From assembly GCA_965223265.1 (NCBI GenBank), contig OZ244999.1, positions 8,480,001-8,544,000 on the forward strand: a stretch of DNA of 64,000 nucleotides, read 5' to 3'. Positions 25,548-36,627 of the stretch are shown here, in pieces. The DNA is from Planctomycetota bacterium. Its GTDB lineage: Bacteria; Planctomycetota; UBA8108; SXIK01. The position numbers and the translations under genes were made by a program. Within the stretch, counting starts at the first letter, position 1. Every line of letters begins with the position of its first letter. Below the pieces are notes generated by a model, which saw only the letters and a program-made list of their open reading frames with translations, had not been told where the DNA came from and ran no database searches.

Positions 25548-27722
25548 TTGAACGACGTGACGGCTGTGAGCCCAGGCGGCGCGAGAGGCTCGGTCGCCCG
25601 TCGCGTTCGAATCGTGCGTGCTCCTGCCGAACAGTCGTCACCCCAGTGTGCGATATCCATATACCGTCCAGCGATTACGGCCGGGCTTTGTCTTTGTTTC
25701 TGTCTTTCCGAGGTCCTCGTCGCCGGTGTCGAGCCGAACGCCGTGTTGGGTGCCATCGCCGCAGCTGGTGACGCCGTTGGAGCCCGCGACGGAGCGAAGT
25801 CACAAGCGGCGACTCCCGCGACTCCCGCCGATTCCGGCGCCGTCGCGGTAGCGGCGAGCGGGCTACGAGTCGACTTTGGGCGCCGCGGTGCGTTGATCGC
25901 GGGGATGCCGCTCACGCTTCGTCTGCGGGCTGTCGACGCAAACGGACGCGTCGCTTTCGGTTTTCGCGCCAGCGCTGTGCTCGACGGTGTCGTGCACCAT
26001 GCCGATGGGCGCGCTATCCGTAGCGCTGAGCTCACGGACGGTGAGCTCGTGCTCGAGTCGGTACGCCTCACTGACGGCACGCTCACCGCGAGAGTCACTG
26101 CAGCGGACGGTCGACAGCTCTCGCTTCATCGCGACTGGACCGTGCTCCCGGGGTGGGTCTCGCTTCTGCCACCGCTTGTCGCTGTCGTACTTGCCATCGT
26201 CACGCGCCAAGTCCTGATTTCGCTTTTCTGTGGTCTCTGGGTCGGAGTGATTCTGTGGCTGACGGTGAATCCGTTCGCGGCGGCGTTGAGGTCGCTCGAC
26301 ACCTACATCGTGGGGGCACTCGCCGACCCCGACCATGCCTCTGTGATCATCTTCAGCCTCTCGCTCGGCGGTATGGTCGGAGTGATCACTCAGTCGGGTG
26401 GAGTTCGAGGCATCGTCGACGCCGTTTCGCGGTGGGCGCGTACGCCTCGCAGTGGCCAACTCACGACAGCGGGACTTGGGGTCGTGGTTTTCTTCGATGA
26501 CTACGCGAACTCGCTCATCGTCGGAAACACGATGCGGCCGCTCACCGACCGTTTGCGCATCAGCCGTGAGAAGCTCGCGTTTCTCGTCGACGCCACCGCC
26601 GCACCTGTTGCCACTGTCGGCGTTATTTCGACCTGGACCGCCTATCAGCTCTCTTTGATCCGCGAACAGACTGTGGTGCTCGAACGATTCGAGTCCGAGG
26701 CATATCTCTTTTTCCTCAGTTCGATTCCCTTCAGCTTTTACAGTCTTTCGGCTCTGGCACTGGTTTTTTGTGTCGCTGCCTCTGGGCGAGATTTCGGCTC
26801 CATGAGGCGCGCCGAGGAGAGAGCGCGTTCGACCGGCGAGTTGACGGCACCAGGAGCTCAACCTCTCTTTCTTCCCGACGCCGAAGTGGCCGTCGCCAGT
26901 GAACCGGGCAGGCACTGGACATTGGCGATCGTTCCGATCCTCGCGGTGATTCTTTTGACTGTTGCGGGCCTCTATTGGACCGGCCTACGCGCCCTCGACG
27001 CGCAGGCCGGACAAGCGACGCTGCGAGAGATCATCGGCGCGTCGGACTCGTTTCGGGCTCTACTCTGGGCGGCGTTTGGCGGTTCGATCGTTGCTGGCAC
27101 GATGGCTGTGCTGGCGGGCGAACGGGTGCGCGCTGTCACGGCCGCGTGGGTCGGCGGCGCCCGCGCTCTTGTGCTCGCTGCGTTCATACTCCTTCTGGCG
27201 TGGTCGCTGGGGCGGGTGACCAAAGAACTCGGCACCGGGGCGTACGTGCTGGCGCTCGTTGACGGTGTGGTCAGCGCTGGCTTCGTGCCAGCATTGACTT
27301 TTCTTGCTGCCGCGGTGATCTCATTTGCCACCGGCACCTCCTACGGCACCATGGCGATTCTGATTCCTGTGCTGCTGCCACTTGCAAACGAGCTGACACT
27401 GCGCGCGCCGATGGATCCCAGCACCGCCGCCGGCGTCGTTCAGGCAACCCTCGCCGCGGTTCTCAGCGGCGCGGTTTTCGGCGACCATTGCTCGCCGATC
27501 TCCGACACGACGGTTTTGAGTTCAATGGCAGCGGGATCCGACCACGTCGATCATGTGCGAACCCAGCTGCCTTATGCTGTGCTTGCCGCAGCACCGGCAC
27601 TGGCGGCGTTCCTTCTCTCCGGCCATGGTCTCCACCTTGCGATCGCCCTGCCGCTGGCGATGCTGGCGACCATCGGTGGATTCTGGCTTCTCAGCCGTCC
27701 GTGCCGCGTCCCCGACGTGTAG
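25548..27722 (+). CDS. Na+/H+ antiporter NhaC family protein with an N-terminal extracytoplasmic extension
   Basis: FFDDYANSLIVG, SREKLAFLVD, FATGTSYGT, FGDHCSPISDTT, HVDHVRTQLPYA. Start uncertain. Confidence 0.9.
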   Translation: MNDVTAVSPGGARGSVARRVRIVRAPAEQSSPQCAISIYRPAITAGLCLCFCLSEVLVAGVEPNAVLGAIAAAGDAVGARDGAKSQAATPATPADSGAVAVAASGLRVDFGRRGALIAGMPLTLRLRAVDANGRVAFGFRASAVLDGVVHHADGRAIRSAELTDGELVLESVRLTDGTLTARVTAADGRQLSLHRDWTVLPGWVSLLPPLVAVVLAIVTRQVLISLFCGLWVGVILWLTVNPFAAALRSLDTYIVGALADPDHASVIIFSLSLGGMVGVITQSGGVRGIVDAVSRWARTPRSGQLTTAGLGVVVFFDDYANSLIVGNTMRPLTDRLRISREKLAFLVDATAAPVATVGVISTWTAYQLSLIREQTVVLERFESEAYLFFLSSIPFSFYSLSALALVFCVAASGRDFGSMRRAEERARSTGELTAPGAQPLFLPDAEVAVASEPGRHWTLAIVPILAVILLTVAGLYWTGLRALDAQAGQATLREIIGASDSFRALLWAAFGGSIVAGTMAVLAGERVRAVTAAWVGGARALVLAAFILLLAWSLGRVTKELGTGAYVLALVDGVVSAGFVPALTFLAAAVISFATGTSYGTMAILIPVLLPLANELTLRAPMDPSTAAGVVQATLAAVLSGAVFGDHCSPISDTTVLSSMAAGSDHVDHVRTQLPYAVLAAAPALAAFLLSGHGLHLAIALPLAMLATIGGFWLLSRPCRVPDV

Positions 27723-27870
27723 CGACGCCGCTCGAACGACGTGTTCGCGTCGTGAATTCGCGTACGTTTGCGCTGTTTTTGTTCTCGCAAAGATGTTACT
27801 CATGACTCCAACGAATGCGGAGCGGCGGGTCGTCAAAGAACAACCATCTCTTTGTCCACAGGGGGTCCAC

Positions 27871-28407
27871 ATGTATCGTCTTTTCATCTATTTGTTTGTC
27901 GCTGGGTTCGTTTCTGTGGCCGGCTGCGACCAAGGCTCGAAGGATGCTGTCGGGGACGCGGTGAAGGACGTGGGCGAGGCCGCGTCGAAAACTGTCGAAT
28001 CGGCGGAAAAGACGGCTGATGGTGCTGCCGGAGCGGTTGGAGATGCCGCGGACGGCGCAGCCAAGGCCGTCGGTGGCCTTGCAGACCTCGATCTGGCCAA
28101 ACTTTCGGACGCGTCGTTCAGTGCTGACAACCTGAAAGAGATGGTCGCCTCGGCGACGCCGGACAGCCTGAAGGGCGTCGCGGACAAGATTGTCACTGCG
28201 ATCACGGAGCAGAAAGGCGTTGTCACCAAACTGCAGGACCAGATCAAAGGCCTAGGTCTTGGCGACGTCGGGGAGCTCAAGAACAAGCTCTCGTCGGCAC
28301 AGGACATCGTGAAGAATTTGCAGTCCAAGCTCCAGGTGGTCGTCGATAAGCTCCAGGCAAGCGGCATCGACATTTCCAAGTACACCAGCCTTCTCACGGG
28401 TAGCTGA
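27871..28407 (+). CDS. Ala/Asp/Lys-rich helical lipoprotein
   Basis: MYRLFIYLFVAGFVSVAG|C lipobox; GGGGG RBS-like element; coiled-coil-like C-terminus. Confidence 0.8.
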   Translation: MYRLFIYLFVAGFVSVAGCDQGSKDAVGDAVKDVGEAASKTVESAEKTADGAAGAVGDAADGAAKAVGGLADLDLAKLSDASFSADNLKEMVASATPDSLKGVADKIVTAITEQKGVVTKLQDQIKGLGLGDVGELKNKLSSAQDIVKNLQSKLQVVVDKLQASGIDISKYTSLLTGS

Positions 28408-28606
28408 TTGGTCTCACGATCATTCCGTATTCCCACGCCCGCCCTGCAAGAAGACGGCAGGACGCTGAAGAGCCGTGCGGCGGGAGTGGGACCTGTCGAA
28501 CGGCCGCCCCGACTCTGCCGCGCGCAGCGTCGGGGCGGCGATCGCAGTCGTTGCGATATCCTGCCAGCCCACAAACCCGGGGTTCTACGGCGGTACGGCC
28601 GGTAGT

Positions 28607-29941
28607 ATGCGGCTCAGCGACGTCCCGTTTTCACCGCGACGCTTTCCGTTCTTCTACGGTTGGGTGATCGGTGTCGTCGGAACGATTGGGATCGTCTGCA
28701 GCATCCCGGGGCAGACGATGGGCGTCAGCGTCTTTACGGACGACCTGATCGCCGCGCTTGCGATCTCGCGCGTTGATCTTTCAAACGCGTATATGTGGGG
28801 AACGCTGGCAAGTGGGTGTCTGCTGCCATTTGCCGGACGCCTGTACGATCTTTGGGGCGCACGCGTCATGGTCGTCTTCGCCAGCGCTGGCCTCGGAGCC
28901 ACACTCTGGTTCTTAAGCCAGTGTGACCGCACCACAGAGGGGCTTGTACCCTACTTCCGTGAGTCTCTGGAGCGTCGCGAGGTCGCCTGGATGGTGATCA
29001 CCGCAGGCTTTTTTAGTCTGCGTTTTTGGGGGCAAGGCGTCCTGACGATGGTTTCGCGCGCCATGCTCGTCAAGTGGTTTCAGCGCCACCGCGGCATAGT
29101 GTGCGGTTTCAGCGGCGCTGTCGTGTCGGCGACTTTTGCCGGTGCACCGAAAGCTCTGGCAAGGATCGTCGAGGCTCTTGGCTGGCGCGGCAGCCTGCTC
29201 CTGCTCGGTGTTTGGATCGGACTTGGCATGTTGCTCCTCGGTTGGATCTTCTATCGTGACAACCCCGAGGCGTGCGGCCTGCGTATGGACGGAGCCGCTG
29301 AGGGCACCGAGGAAGTCTTCGACCGCGATCGACCGAATCCGACAACGGTGCGGGAGTTCGGTCTACTGGAAGCCTTGAAGACCTTTTCCTTTTGGAGCCT
29401 CAACTACACCGTGGCCTTGCCGGCGATGATCGGGACAGCGATGACTTTCCACATCGGCTCGTTCGGCCGAAGTGCAGACCTGGGTTTGGAGGAGGCGACT
29501 GCCCTGTTCGTGCCGATGGCGATTGTCGCGATCTTCACGTCGATGGTCGGTGGGAAGCTGAGCGATCGAGTACGTATTCGCTACCTCGCATTGGCGCTCG
29601 TTCTCGGCGAGCTGATCGGGTGCGCTGGCCTTCTGGCTTTCGGCGTTCCCGCGGGCCGGCGGTTGATCTTCGTCGGCATGGGCATTGCTCACGGGCTGTT
29701 CGGTGTTCTGACAGCGGTTGTCTGGCCACGTTTCTACGGGCGCAAGCACCTGGGTGCGATCGCCAGCGTCAATCTTTCGGTGATCGTGTGTGCCAGCGCC
29801 GTTGGGCCCTATCTTTTTGCTCGGCTGGAACGTCCGGGCGGTGACTATGGCGTCGCGGTTTTTGTGTCGATGGCACTTTGCATGCTTGCGATTCCAGCAG
29901 TTCTTGCAGTTCGCAACCCGCAGACCACCGACGGTTCCTGA
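28607..29941 (+). CDS. MFS transporter
   Basis: FFYGWVI, motif A GRLYDLWGAR and GKLSDRVRIR, about 12 hydrophobic segments. Confidence 0.9.
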   Translation: MRLSDVPFSPRRFPFFYGWVIGVVGTIGIVCSIPGQTMGVSVFTDDLIAALAISRVDLSNAYMWGTLASGCLLPFAGRLYDLWGARVMVVFASAGLGATLWFLSQCDRTTEGLVPYFRESLERREVAWMVITAGFFSLRFWGQGVLTMVSRAMLVKWFQRHRGIVCGFSGAVVSATFAGAPKALARIVEALGWRGSLLLLGVWIGLGMLLLGWIFYRDNPEACGLRMDGAAEGTEEVFDRDRPNPTTVREFGLLEALKTFSFWSLNYTVALPAMIGTAMTFHIGSFGRSADLGLEEATALFVPMAIVAIFTSMVGGKLSDRVRIRYLALALVLGELIGCAGLLAFGVPAGRRLIFVGMGIAHGLFGVLTAVVWPRFYGRKHLGAIASVNLSVIVCASAVGPYLFARLERPGGDYGVAVFVSMALCMLAIPAVLAVRNPQTTDGS

Positions 29942-30063
29942 GCTTCACTCACTCTGTGAGAGGCGGTCGCTCGACGCTCACTCCCCCTGGCGGTCCTATC
30001 AGCCCTTTTTCAACAGGCCGCTATCTGCCGCTCCTGCGTCAGTAGCCAGTCGAATTGTGTGCA

Positions 30064-33000
30064 TCACTCGACGTCAACGACCAGCTCGGTGGAGAAGCTA
30101 CTCTGATTGCCGACGACATCGATTGCCGTGACAGCGAAGTAGTAACGTCCAGGCGGCAAACCGCTGACGGTATACTCGCTCGTCATCCCGATGTCGATCG
30201 CTTCGGCGTAAGCACCCGATTGCGTGCCGTAGAAAAGACGAAAACCGGCGAGATCAGTGAGCGGGGTGCCGTCGGCGCTCAAGGAGGGCGGGTCCCAGTC
30301 GAGCATAATCGAGCGGTCCGGGTTGGTGCCCGCGTAGCTCACGGCTGCTTCCGCCGAGAACCGTGACTCGTTGCCACTCGAATCGACCGCTGTGACGACG
30401 TAGTAGTAGGTTGTCTCGGGCGTCACGTTCGTGTCGCCGAACGTCGACTCCTTGCTTGTGCCGACGAGGCGGTAGCCAGTACCCGCTGTGGTTGACCGGT
30501 AGATTCCGAAGAACGTCACGACGGGACTTGTGTGATCCATCCAATCGAGCACCACGCGTCCCGTGGCCTCAATGGCCGTGAGCTGACTTGGAGGCAAGAG
30601 GTCGTCAGAACGCGGGTCGTCGGACTCCGGTGACGCGATTTCGATGGCGACCTCTTTCGAGAGCGGCGATTCGACTCCGTGGAGGTTGACAGCGCTCACG
30701 GCGTAGAAGTAGGTCGTACCGACCGTGACGTTCGAGTCCAAATAGGATGTCTCTGCAGTCGTATCAATCAGCCGGAACCCGCTACCCGAGCTCAGTGATC
30801 GGTAGATGCCGTAATGATCTATGTCCGGTTCCGCATTCGGCGTCCATGCGATCTGTCCCATCGCCGACGTACTGAACGCTAGGAGCCCACCTGGCGCATC
30901 AGGCGCCGCGCCACCGGACGTCCCCGCCGGCACGGTCGCCGAGACGGACGGCGACAGCTGCGACTCGCGTCCATTTGTCCCGACCGCTGTGACGGCGTAG
31001 TAGTACGTTGCACTGGGCTCCACGTCCGCGTCGAAGTAGTCGCTCGTTCGTGTCGTCGCGATCAAGCGGAAACCTGAGGACGGCGAAGTCGAACGGTAGA
31101 CGCCGAACGATGAGATATCGCCAGTTGGCGCGTCGTGCCAATCGAGCGTGACTCCGGAGGTCGTGGGCGTCGCCGTCAATCCGGTCGGCGGTTCCGGGGT
31201 GGGGTCGAGCAGCTCAGAACTGAGGGTCGCCGAGGGTTCGGATTCCTGGCCGCCTCGGTCGATGGCGGTGACGAAGTAGTAGTACCGGGTGCCGAGTGCG
31301 ACATCTGTGTCGCGAAACCCAGCGTCGTTGACCGTGGCTATGAGGAGGAAGCCGGTGTCAGGTGACTCAGATCGGTACACCGCGTATTCCACAACGTCGG
31401 CTTCGAGACTAGCGCTCCAGTCGAGAACGATCGCGTCGCGTTCGCCCGTGACCGTGAAAGCAGCAGGGGCGACAGGCGGCGAATCTGCTGGTGTTGCCTC
31501 GATCTCGTCGGAGAAGTCGGACGCCATGCCCCAATCGTTCAGCGCCCGAACCTTGTAGAAGTACGTCGACTCGTTCTTAACGTTTGTATCGCGATACTCG
31601 CTTCGATCGATCGTGGCGATGACCTGAAACCGGTCGCCTGAGACGGTCGAGCGGTGGACTTCGTAGCCTGCAAGGTCGGTCTCCGCGTTGTCTTCCCAAT
31701 CGAGGACGACAGCGCCGTCGTGAGAGGAGGCGAACAGTCCGCTTGGGGCCGAGGGCGCCGTCGTGTCGCTGGGTTCTTCATCGACGAATTCGAACCGAGC
31801 CGCATCCGCACACGCCGTTTGTTTCTTCTGCGCGTTGATGATGACTTCTCCCTCCTCGTCGAGGCTAAAGGTGCCCAGGAGATTCCACTGCCCGCCACCA
31901 GAGCGCTGATTGATTTGGACGTTTCTCGCGCCTTCGGTGGAATTGATCGTCACAGGAACCGTTGTTGCCCTGCCAGTAAACGACGTCCACCAGAGGTAGA
32001 CGCGATAGTTTCCCGGCGTGACGCCAGGTCGATACACGTACGTTCCCGCGTCACGCGAGTACTGAGCGTCGCCGCCGTAGGGGTCGTGCCCATGCGATTG
32101 ACGCCAGCTTCCGGTCTGGCTCGTGCCTGCACCGCCGTTGTCGAGAATTACAGACTGCGGGTTGGTGAGCGCCGCGAAACCCGTCGTAGTTTCCTCGCCA
32201 CCGCGACCTCCGGAGGGGAGAAAACAGACGGCGTCTGCGCTCGTTGCGCCTGTTCCTTCCGCCACCAAAGTGACGCGAGCGTCCTCGGCGAACCAGTAGG
32301 TGCCGACGTAATTCCATATGCCGGCGCCGCGCAGTTGGTTGACGCTGAAGCTTGTGGATCCATCAACGTGGTCGATGATGACGGGAACCGAGCCGGAGCG
32401 CCCGGGGAAATGTGACCAACGGAGAAACGTGTCGTACGGCGTCTGTGGCACCAGTGTCGCGGCGAAGGTCAGACGACCGCTGGTCGTGGCGAACAGGGAG
32501 TTCGGACCGTAGGCGCCGAGCCCCTGTGAGCGCCTCCACTCACCGCTGGTGACGACGTCGGATTGGGAGTTGTCGACGACGAGAGAGTCTTCCGCAGTCG
32601 TCTTCGATGCCGCCGCGACCTGACTGTCTATCTCCGCAGCGAAGAGTTCCATCGACGCCGCCGGATCGCTTGGCACGACGTCGACGATCCACGAAAACGA
32701 CATGGTCCTCGCACCGGCTTCGATTTCCTGCGCTTCTTCGTCGATCGTCGTGACGTTCTGGCGGCGATGGTCGACGACTGAAATGGTGACGGAGTGTGTG
32801 CCGACGTCGCTGGCGCTGGGTCTATAGGCGAACTCGGTTGAGTTAGAGTGACCTACGGCCGTGCCGTTCAGCCTCCATCGGTATTCGACGTCGCCTCCGT
32901 CGCCCAGCGTCCCTTGGGCGCGAAGCACGAGTTCGTCGCCGGCGCGGACGCGCGGATTGACCAACGGCCGCACTCTCTGCAGGAGCGGAGATGCTATCCC

Positions 33001-33813
33001 GTCGGAGTCTTCGAGCACGTGTACGAACCACGAATAGCTCAGCGACCGCTCAGTCATGGACTCTCCGGAGGCGCCGGCTTCCGAAAGGACTTGCCCGATG
33101 CTGTCGTCGCTCCGACCTAGCAGCTGCTCAAGTGCTGTCGATCGACGCTCGAGCACTTCGACGTCGATCGTGTGGACTCCGAGTCCGAGCGAGCCGCTTT
33201 CGACGACCAGCTCTGGTCCTGCTGCGTCCATTTCGACACCGTCGATCCACCAGCGGTACTCCAGTTCGTCGCCTGCGTCACCGTCAATGGCGAGCGCGGT
33301 CACGGCGAACTCCCCGCCGGGGGTTACGGTGAAATCGGACAGTGGACCCAAAGACTCCAATTGCGGTGGACGATTCAGCGCCAGCGGCGCCGAAGCTCCC
33401 CCGTTTTCCTCGGCGTCAAGGACGTTGACCTGCCAGAGCACCGAGAGCCTCGAGGTTTCGTCTGCTGTGCTCAGCCTGGCCTCGACTTCGTGCGCTCCGA
33501 CTCCGGTCGTCAGAGTGTCGAAAGCGAAACTGAAGGCGTCCGACTCTGTCAGGGCGCCATCGACGAACCAGTCGATCTCGACGGCCTCCGAGTCATCCGA
33601 GTTTTGCGCTACCACCGCGAACTCTGCGATCGCGCCGAGGAATGTCGTCGACCTCGACGCTGCAGGAGTCGTCGACTCGAGCAGAACGCGCTGACGTTGA
33701 GGTGGAGCGGACCCGCTGCCTGATCCACCACCACCACCACCGCAACTGAGAGAGGCAATCGAAAGGGTGAACAGGGGAACGAACTTTTGGCGCAGATGTC
33801 GAAGAGAGAACAA
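30064..33813 (-). CDS. Surface lipoprotein with Ig-like, two golvesin/Xly-CBD-like and about six fibronectin-III domains
   Basis: SLS|CGGGGGG lipobox; repeated LDW..D..Y.VYRS..YYY.VTA..ES..S units; ADAVCF/ADAARF modules. TTG start chosen after AAGGAG (ORF track extends to 33987). Confidence 0.85.
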   Translation of the reverse strand: MFSLRHLRQKFVPLFTLSIASLSCGGGGGGSGSGSAPPQRQRVLLESTTPAASRSTTFLGAIAEFAVVAQNSDDSEAVEIDWFVDGALTESDAFSFAFDTLTTGVGAHEVEARLSTADETSRLSVLWQVNVLDAEENGGASAPLALNRPPQLESLGPLSDFTVTPGGEFAVTALAIDGDAGDELEYRWWIDGVEMDAAGPELVVESGSLGLGVHTIDVEVLERRSTALEQLLGRSDDSIGQVLSEAGASGESMTERSLSYSWFVHVLEDSDGIASPLLQRVRPLVNPRVRAGDELVLRAQGTLGDGGDVEYRWRLNGTAVGHSNSTEFAYRPSASDVGTHSVTISVVDHRRQNVTTIDEEAQEIEAGARTMSFSWIVDVVPSDPAASMELFAAEIDSQVAAASKTTAEDSLVVDNSQSDVVTSGEWRRSQGLGAYGPNSLFATTSGRLTFAATLVPQTPYDTFLRWSHFPGRSGSVPVIIDHVDGSTSFSVNQLRGAGIWNYVGTYWFAEDARVTLVAEGTGATSADAVCFLPSGGRGGEETTTGFAALTNPQSVILDNGGAGTSQTGSWRQSHGHDPYGGDAQYSRDAGTYVYRPGVTPGNYRVYLWWTSFTGRATTVPVTINSTEGARNVQINQRSGGGQWNLLGTFSLDEEGEVIINAQKKQTACADAARFEFVDEEPSDTTAPSAPSGLFASSHDGAVVLDWEDNAETDLAGYEVHRSTVSGDRFQVIATIDRSEYRDTNVKNESTYFYKVRALNDWGMASDFSDEIEATPADSPPVAPAAFTVTGERDAIVLDWSASLEADVVEYAVYRSESPDTGFLLIATVNDAGFRDTDVALGTRYYYFVTAIDRGGQESEPSATLSSELLDPTPEPPTGLTATPTTSGVTLDWHDAPTGDISSFGVYRSTSPSSGFRLIATTRTSDYFDADVEPSATYYYAVTAVGTNGRESQLSPSVSATVPAGTSGGAAPDAPGGLLAFSTSAMGQIAWTPNAEPDIDHYGIYRSLSSGSGFRLIDTTAETSYLDSNVTVGTTYFYAVSAVNLHGVESPLSKEVAIEIASPESDDPRSDDLLPPSQLTAIEATGRVVLDWMDHTSPVVTFFGIYRSTTAGTGYRLVGTSKESTFGDTNVTPETTYYYVVTAVDSSGNESRFSAEAAVSYAGTNPDRSIMLDWDPPSLSADGTPLTDLAGFRLFYGTQSGAYAEAIDIGMTSEYTVSGLPPGRYYFAVTAIDVVGNQSSFSTELVVDVE

Positions 33814-34815
33814 AACCTCTTCACTCCTTTCCTCAAAGGCACGGGTCAGCCCGTACCTTCCTCCATTCCTTGAACGCAGCCTCATCGAGGCGACGGCATT
33901 GCACGGACTCCCGAAGGAGACCGCGCGTCCGCCGTCGAACCACCAATCCCAACAACTGTGCAGCCGAGCCGCACAGTTCCTGTTCACACTCTTTTCTTCT
34001 CGTTTGTTTCAGTGGCGGGAAGAACTCCCGTCCGTGCATGCATGAGCAACTACGGGGCCAATCGCGACCGCAGCGGTCTTAAGCGACGGAACCGATGCCT
34101 CGAACTTGCCTCAAACTGCACGTCTTGCGGTGGTTGCGTCGCGAACGTGGTCCGGGACGCTCGCCGCGCACGATCCGCGGGTGGGCTTGAACGCGGTGCT
34201 CGCTGCGCAGAGCTCTGTTTGATTTCCGGTCCCCGAACAGGACGCTCATTTCTCTAGCCCGCATTGCTCGCCAGATTCCTGCTGCGGGCCGTAAGTCGCG
34301 CCGTGGACTACGTCAGACTTCACGACTCGATCCTCGATGTGCAGGAAGCACGACTCCGGTCGAATCGCAAAGTCTTCCTTGCCACGACACGACTTACGGC
34401 TCCTCGCTACGGATTCTGGTGAACAATGCGGGCTAGCGAGGTTTGCGCACGTCACGTCGCCATGAGGATTGCAACCTGAGTACCGCAGTGCGTTTGAAGC
34501 ACCGGGCGCGGACACCAGCCGTCCGCGTTCTCGGCGTGTTTCTCAGTTTGCGGGACAGCTGCGCATGCTGTTGGTTTTCGCGACAGCGCTGCTATCGGAC
34601 TCGGGGCCGCGAAAGCTGGCGGGCATCACCGCAAAGTGCTATCCTAACGGCCCTTGAAAACTCCACCTCGTGTTACTCAGGCCCACCGAAAGCGGGCGCG
34701 AGCACCGAACTCGTGACGAGCACTGTGTTTGCCACGGGGATTTGGAGCTGAGGACACGGGGTTAACCGCTCTTGAGGCGACTTCGAGCGAGTCGCCGATT
34801 TCACCGGGGAATGGA

Positions 34816-36354
34816 ATGTTCGAGAGTATCACGCGCCGATTCAGTGACATCGTGCAGCGGATCGGGCCGCGCCAAAAGATCACCGAGAAAAACGTTCGGG
34901 AGACCTTGCGTGAGGTCCGCGTCGCGCTTCTTGAAGCTGATGTGGCATTCGAGGTCATCAAGGACTTTCTCAAGCGCGTTGAAGAGAAAGCGCTCGGCGA
35001 AGAGGTACTCAAAGGGGTCAACCCTGGCCAGCAGTTCATCAAGGCGGTCCATGAGGAACTCGTCGCGCTCATGGGGCCCGTGGACCCGGAGCTCGCGGTG
35101 GCTCGCAAGCCACCGACCGTCATTCTCATGGCCGGACTGCAGGGGAGCGGAAAGACGACAACCTGCGGCAAGCTTGCACTTCTGCTCCGCGACAAGCAGA
35201 AGCGGATGCCTCTTCTGGTCGCCGCAGACGTCCAGCGGCCGGCGGCTGTCGATCAGTTGAAGAAACTCGGTGCCGACACGGGAATTCCCGTATTCTCTGA
35301 GCCCGAGACGCCGCCTCCCGACATCTGTGCGCACGCCGTCAAGCAAGCCCGCCAGGAAGGCCATGACGTGGTGATCTTGGACACCGCGGGGCGGCTACAC
35401 ATCGATGACGAAATGATGCAGGAAGTCCGCGAGATCGCGACGCGCACGTCGCCAGACGAGGTGTTTCTTGTCTGCGATGCCATGGTCGGCCAAGACGCAG
35501 TGCGCAGTGCGCGAGAGTTCAACGAACAGCTGGAACTCACCGGCGTGATTCTCACCAAGCTGGACGGCGACGCCCGCGGCGGCGCAGCGCTCTCCGTCAA
35601 GAGCGTTACCGGCAAGCCCATCAAGTTCGTCGGTACCGGCGAGAAGCTCGTGGGCACGCTGGAGCCATTTCGCCCTGAAGGGATGGCAGAGCGCATCCTC
35701 GGCATGGGCGATGTCGTTTCGCTCGTCTCAAAGGTGAAGGAACACGTCGATGAAGAGGAGGCCGAGCGGCTGCGCTCGAAGCTGCTGGAAAACACGTTTA
35801 ATTTGAACGATTTTCTCGGGCAGCTACGCACGATGCGCAAGATGGGATCAATGGCCGACATGCTGAAGATGGTCCCTGGGCTCGGCGCGCACGTCGACGA
35901 CATGGACATCGACGAGGGAGAATTGGTCCGAGTCGAAGCAATCATTCAGTCGATGACGCCCCGGGAGCGAGTGCGCCCCGAGATTCTCAACACGATGCGG
36001 CGTGATCGGATCGCGCGCGGATCGGGCGTGACGCGTATGGACGTCGACGATCTGCTCAAGCAGTTCAGCGCTATGCGCAAGATGATGGATCAGATGGGGC
36101 GGGCCGGGGGCAAGGGGCCGCTCGGTAAGATCAAGCAGCTCGCTCATGCCAAACGGCAGATGGGGGACATTGGGGGCATGATGCGTCAGCTTATGGAGTC
36201 TGCCCCCGGGGCCGGAGCCGCCCAGCCGCCGCCACCGGACGGGGCGCGTCGCGGCGCCGGGACCAAAGGCTCGGTTGCCCGGCCGTCGCGCGAGCAGATT
36301 CGCGAACGACGCAAGAAAGAGCGCAAGAATCGCCGCAAGGCGCGACGCCGCTGA
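34816..36354 (+). CDS. ffh: Signal recognition particle protein
   Basis: ALLEADV, GLQGSGKTT, DTAGR, TKLDGDARGG, Met-rich M domain. Confidence 0.97.
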   Translation: MFESITRRFSDIVQRIGPRQKITEKNVRETLREVRVALLEADVAFEVIKDFLKRVEEKALGEEVLKGVNPGQQFIKAVHEELVALMGPVDPELAVARKPPTVILMAGLQGSGKTTTCGKLALLLRDKQKRMPLLVAADVQRPAAVDQLKKLGADTGIPVFSEPETPPPDICAHAVKQARQEGHDVVILDTAGRLHIDDEMMQEVREIATRTSPDEVFLVCDAMVGQDAVRSAREFNEQLELTGVILTKLDGDARGGAALSVKSVTGKPIKFVGTGEKLVGTLEPFRPEGMAERILGMGDVVSLVSKVKEHVDEEEAERLRSKLLENTFNLNDFLGQLRTMRKMGSMADMLKMVPGLGAHVDDMDIDEGELVRVEAIIQSMTPRERVRPEILNTMRRDRIARGSGVTRMDVDDLLKQFSAMRKMMDQMGRAGGKGPLGKIKQLAHAKRQMGDIGGMMRQLMESAPGAGAAQPPPPDGARRGAGTKGSVARPSREQIRERRKKERKNRRKARRR

Positions 36355-36428
36355 GCCGCTAGGATGGGTGGTGCCCGGGGTCATTGGTTGCAGCTGCGGA
36401 CGGCCTTTTCCCGGTGTTCGGTAAAGCC

Positions 36429-36456
36429 TTGCATGGGGTTCGGGCTGTGGCATAAT
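36429..36456 (+). promoter_or_regulatory. Putative sigma-70 promoter for rpsP
   Basis: TTGCAT-N16-CATAAT with TG extended -10. Confidence 0.45.
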
Positions 36457-36627
36457 AGGCGTTCTTTGTCTTGTCGCTCCCGTGCGACGAGTAGCCACCG
36501 CCTTCGGTTTCGGCCGGTTTTTTGGTGCTGCTGCAGACATCGCGCGGCGTAGCGTTACCGCGTGGATCGTTCGCGGGTCATTCGCGGATAGCGTTCCGCC
36601 AGTTCACTCAGAAGCGAGGCAAGCCAC

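Noticed and set aside
33990-34815. SRP RNA (ffs) upstream of ffh
   Set aside because: Only a caggaagca fragment (~34342); the CAGG-stem-GNRA-stem-AGCAG domain IV is not present.
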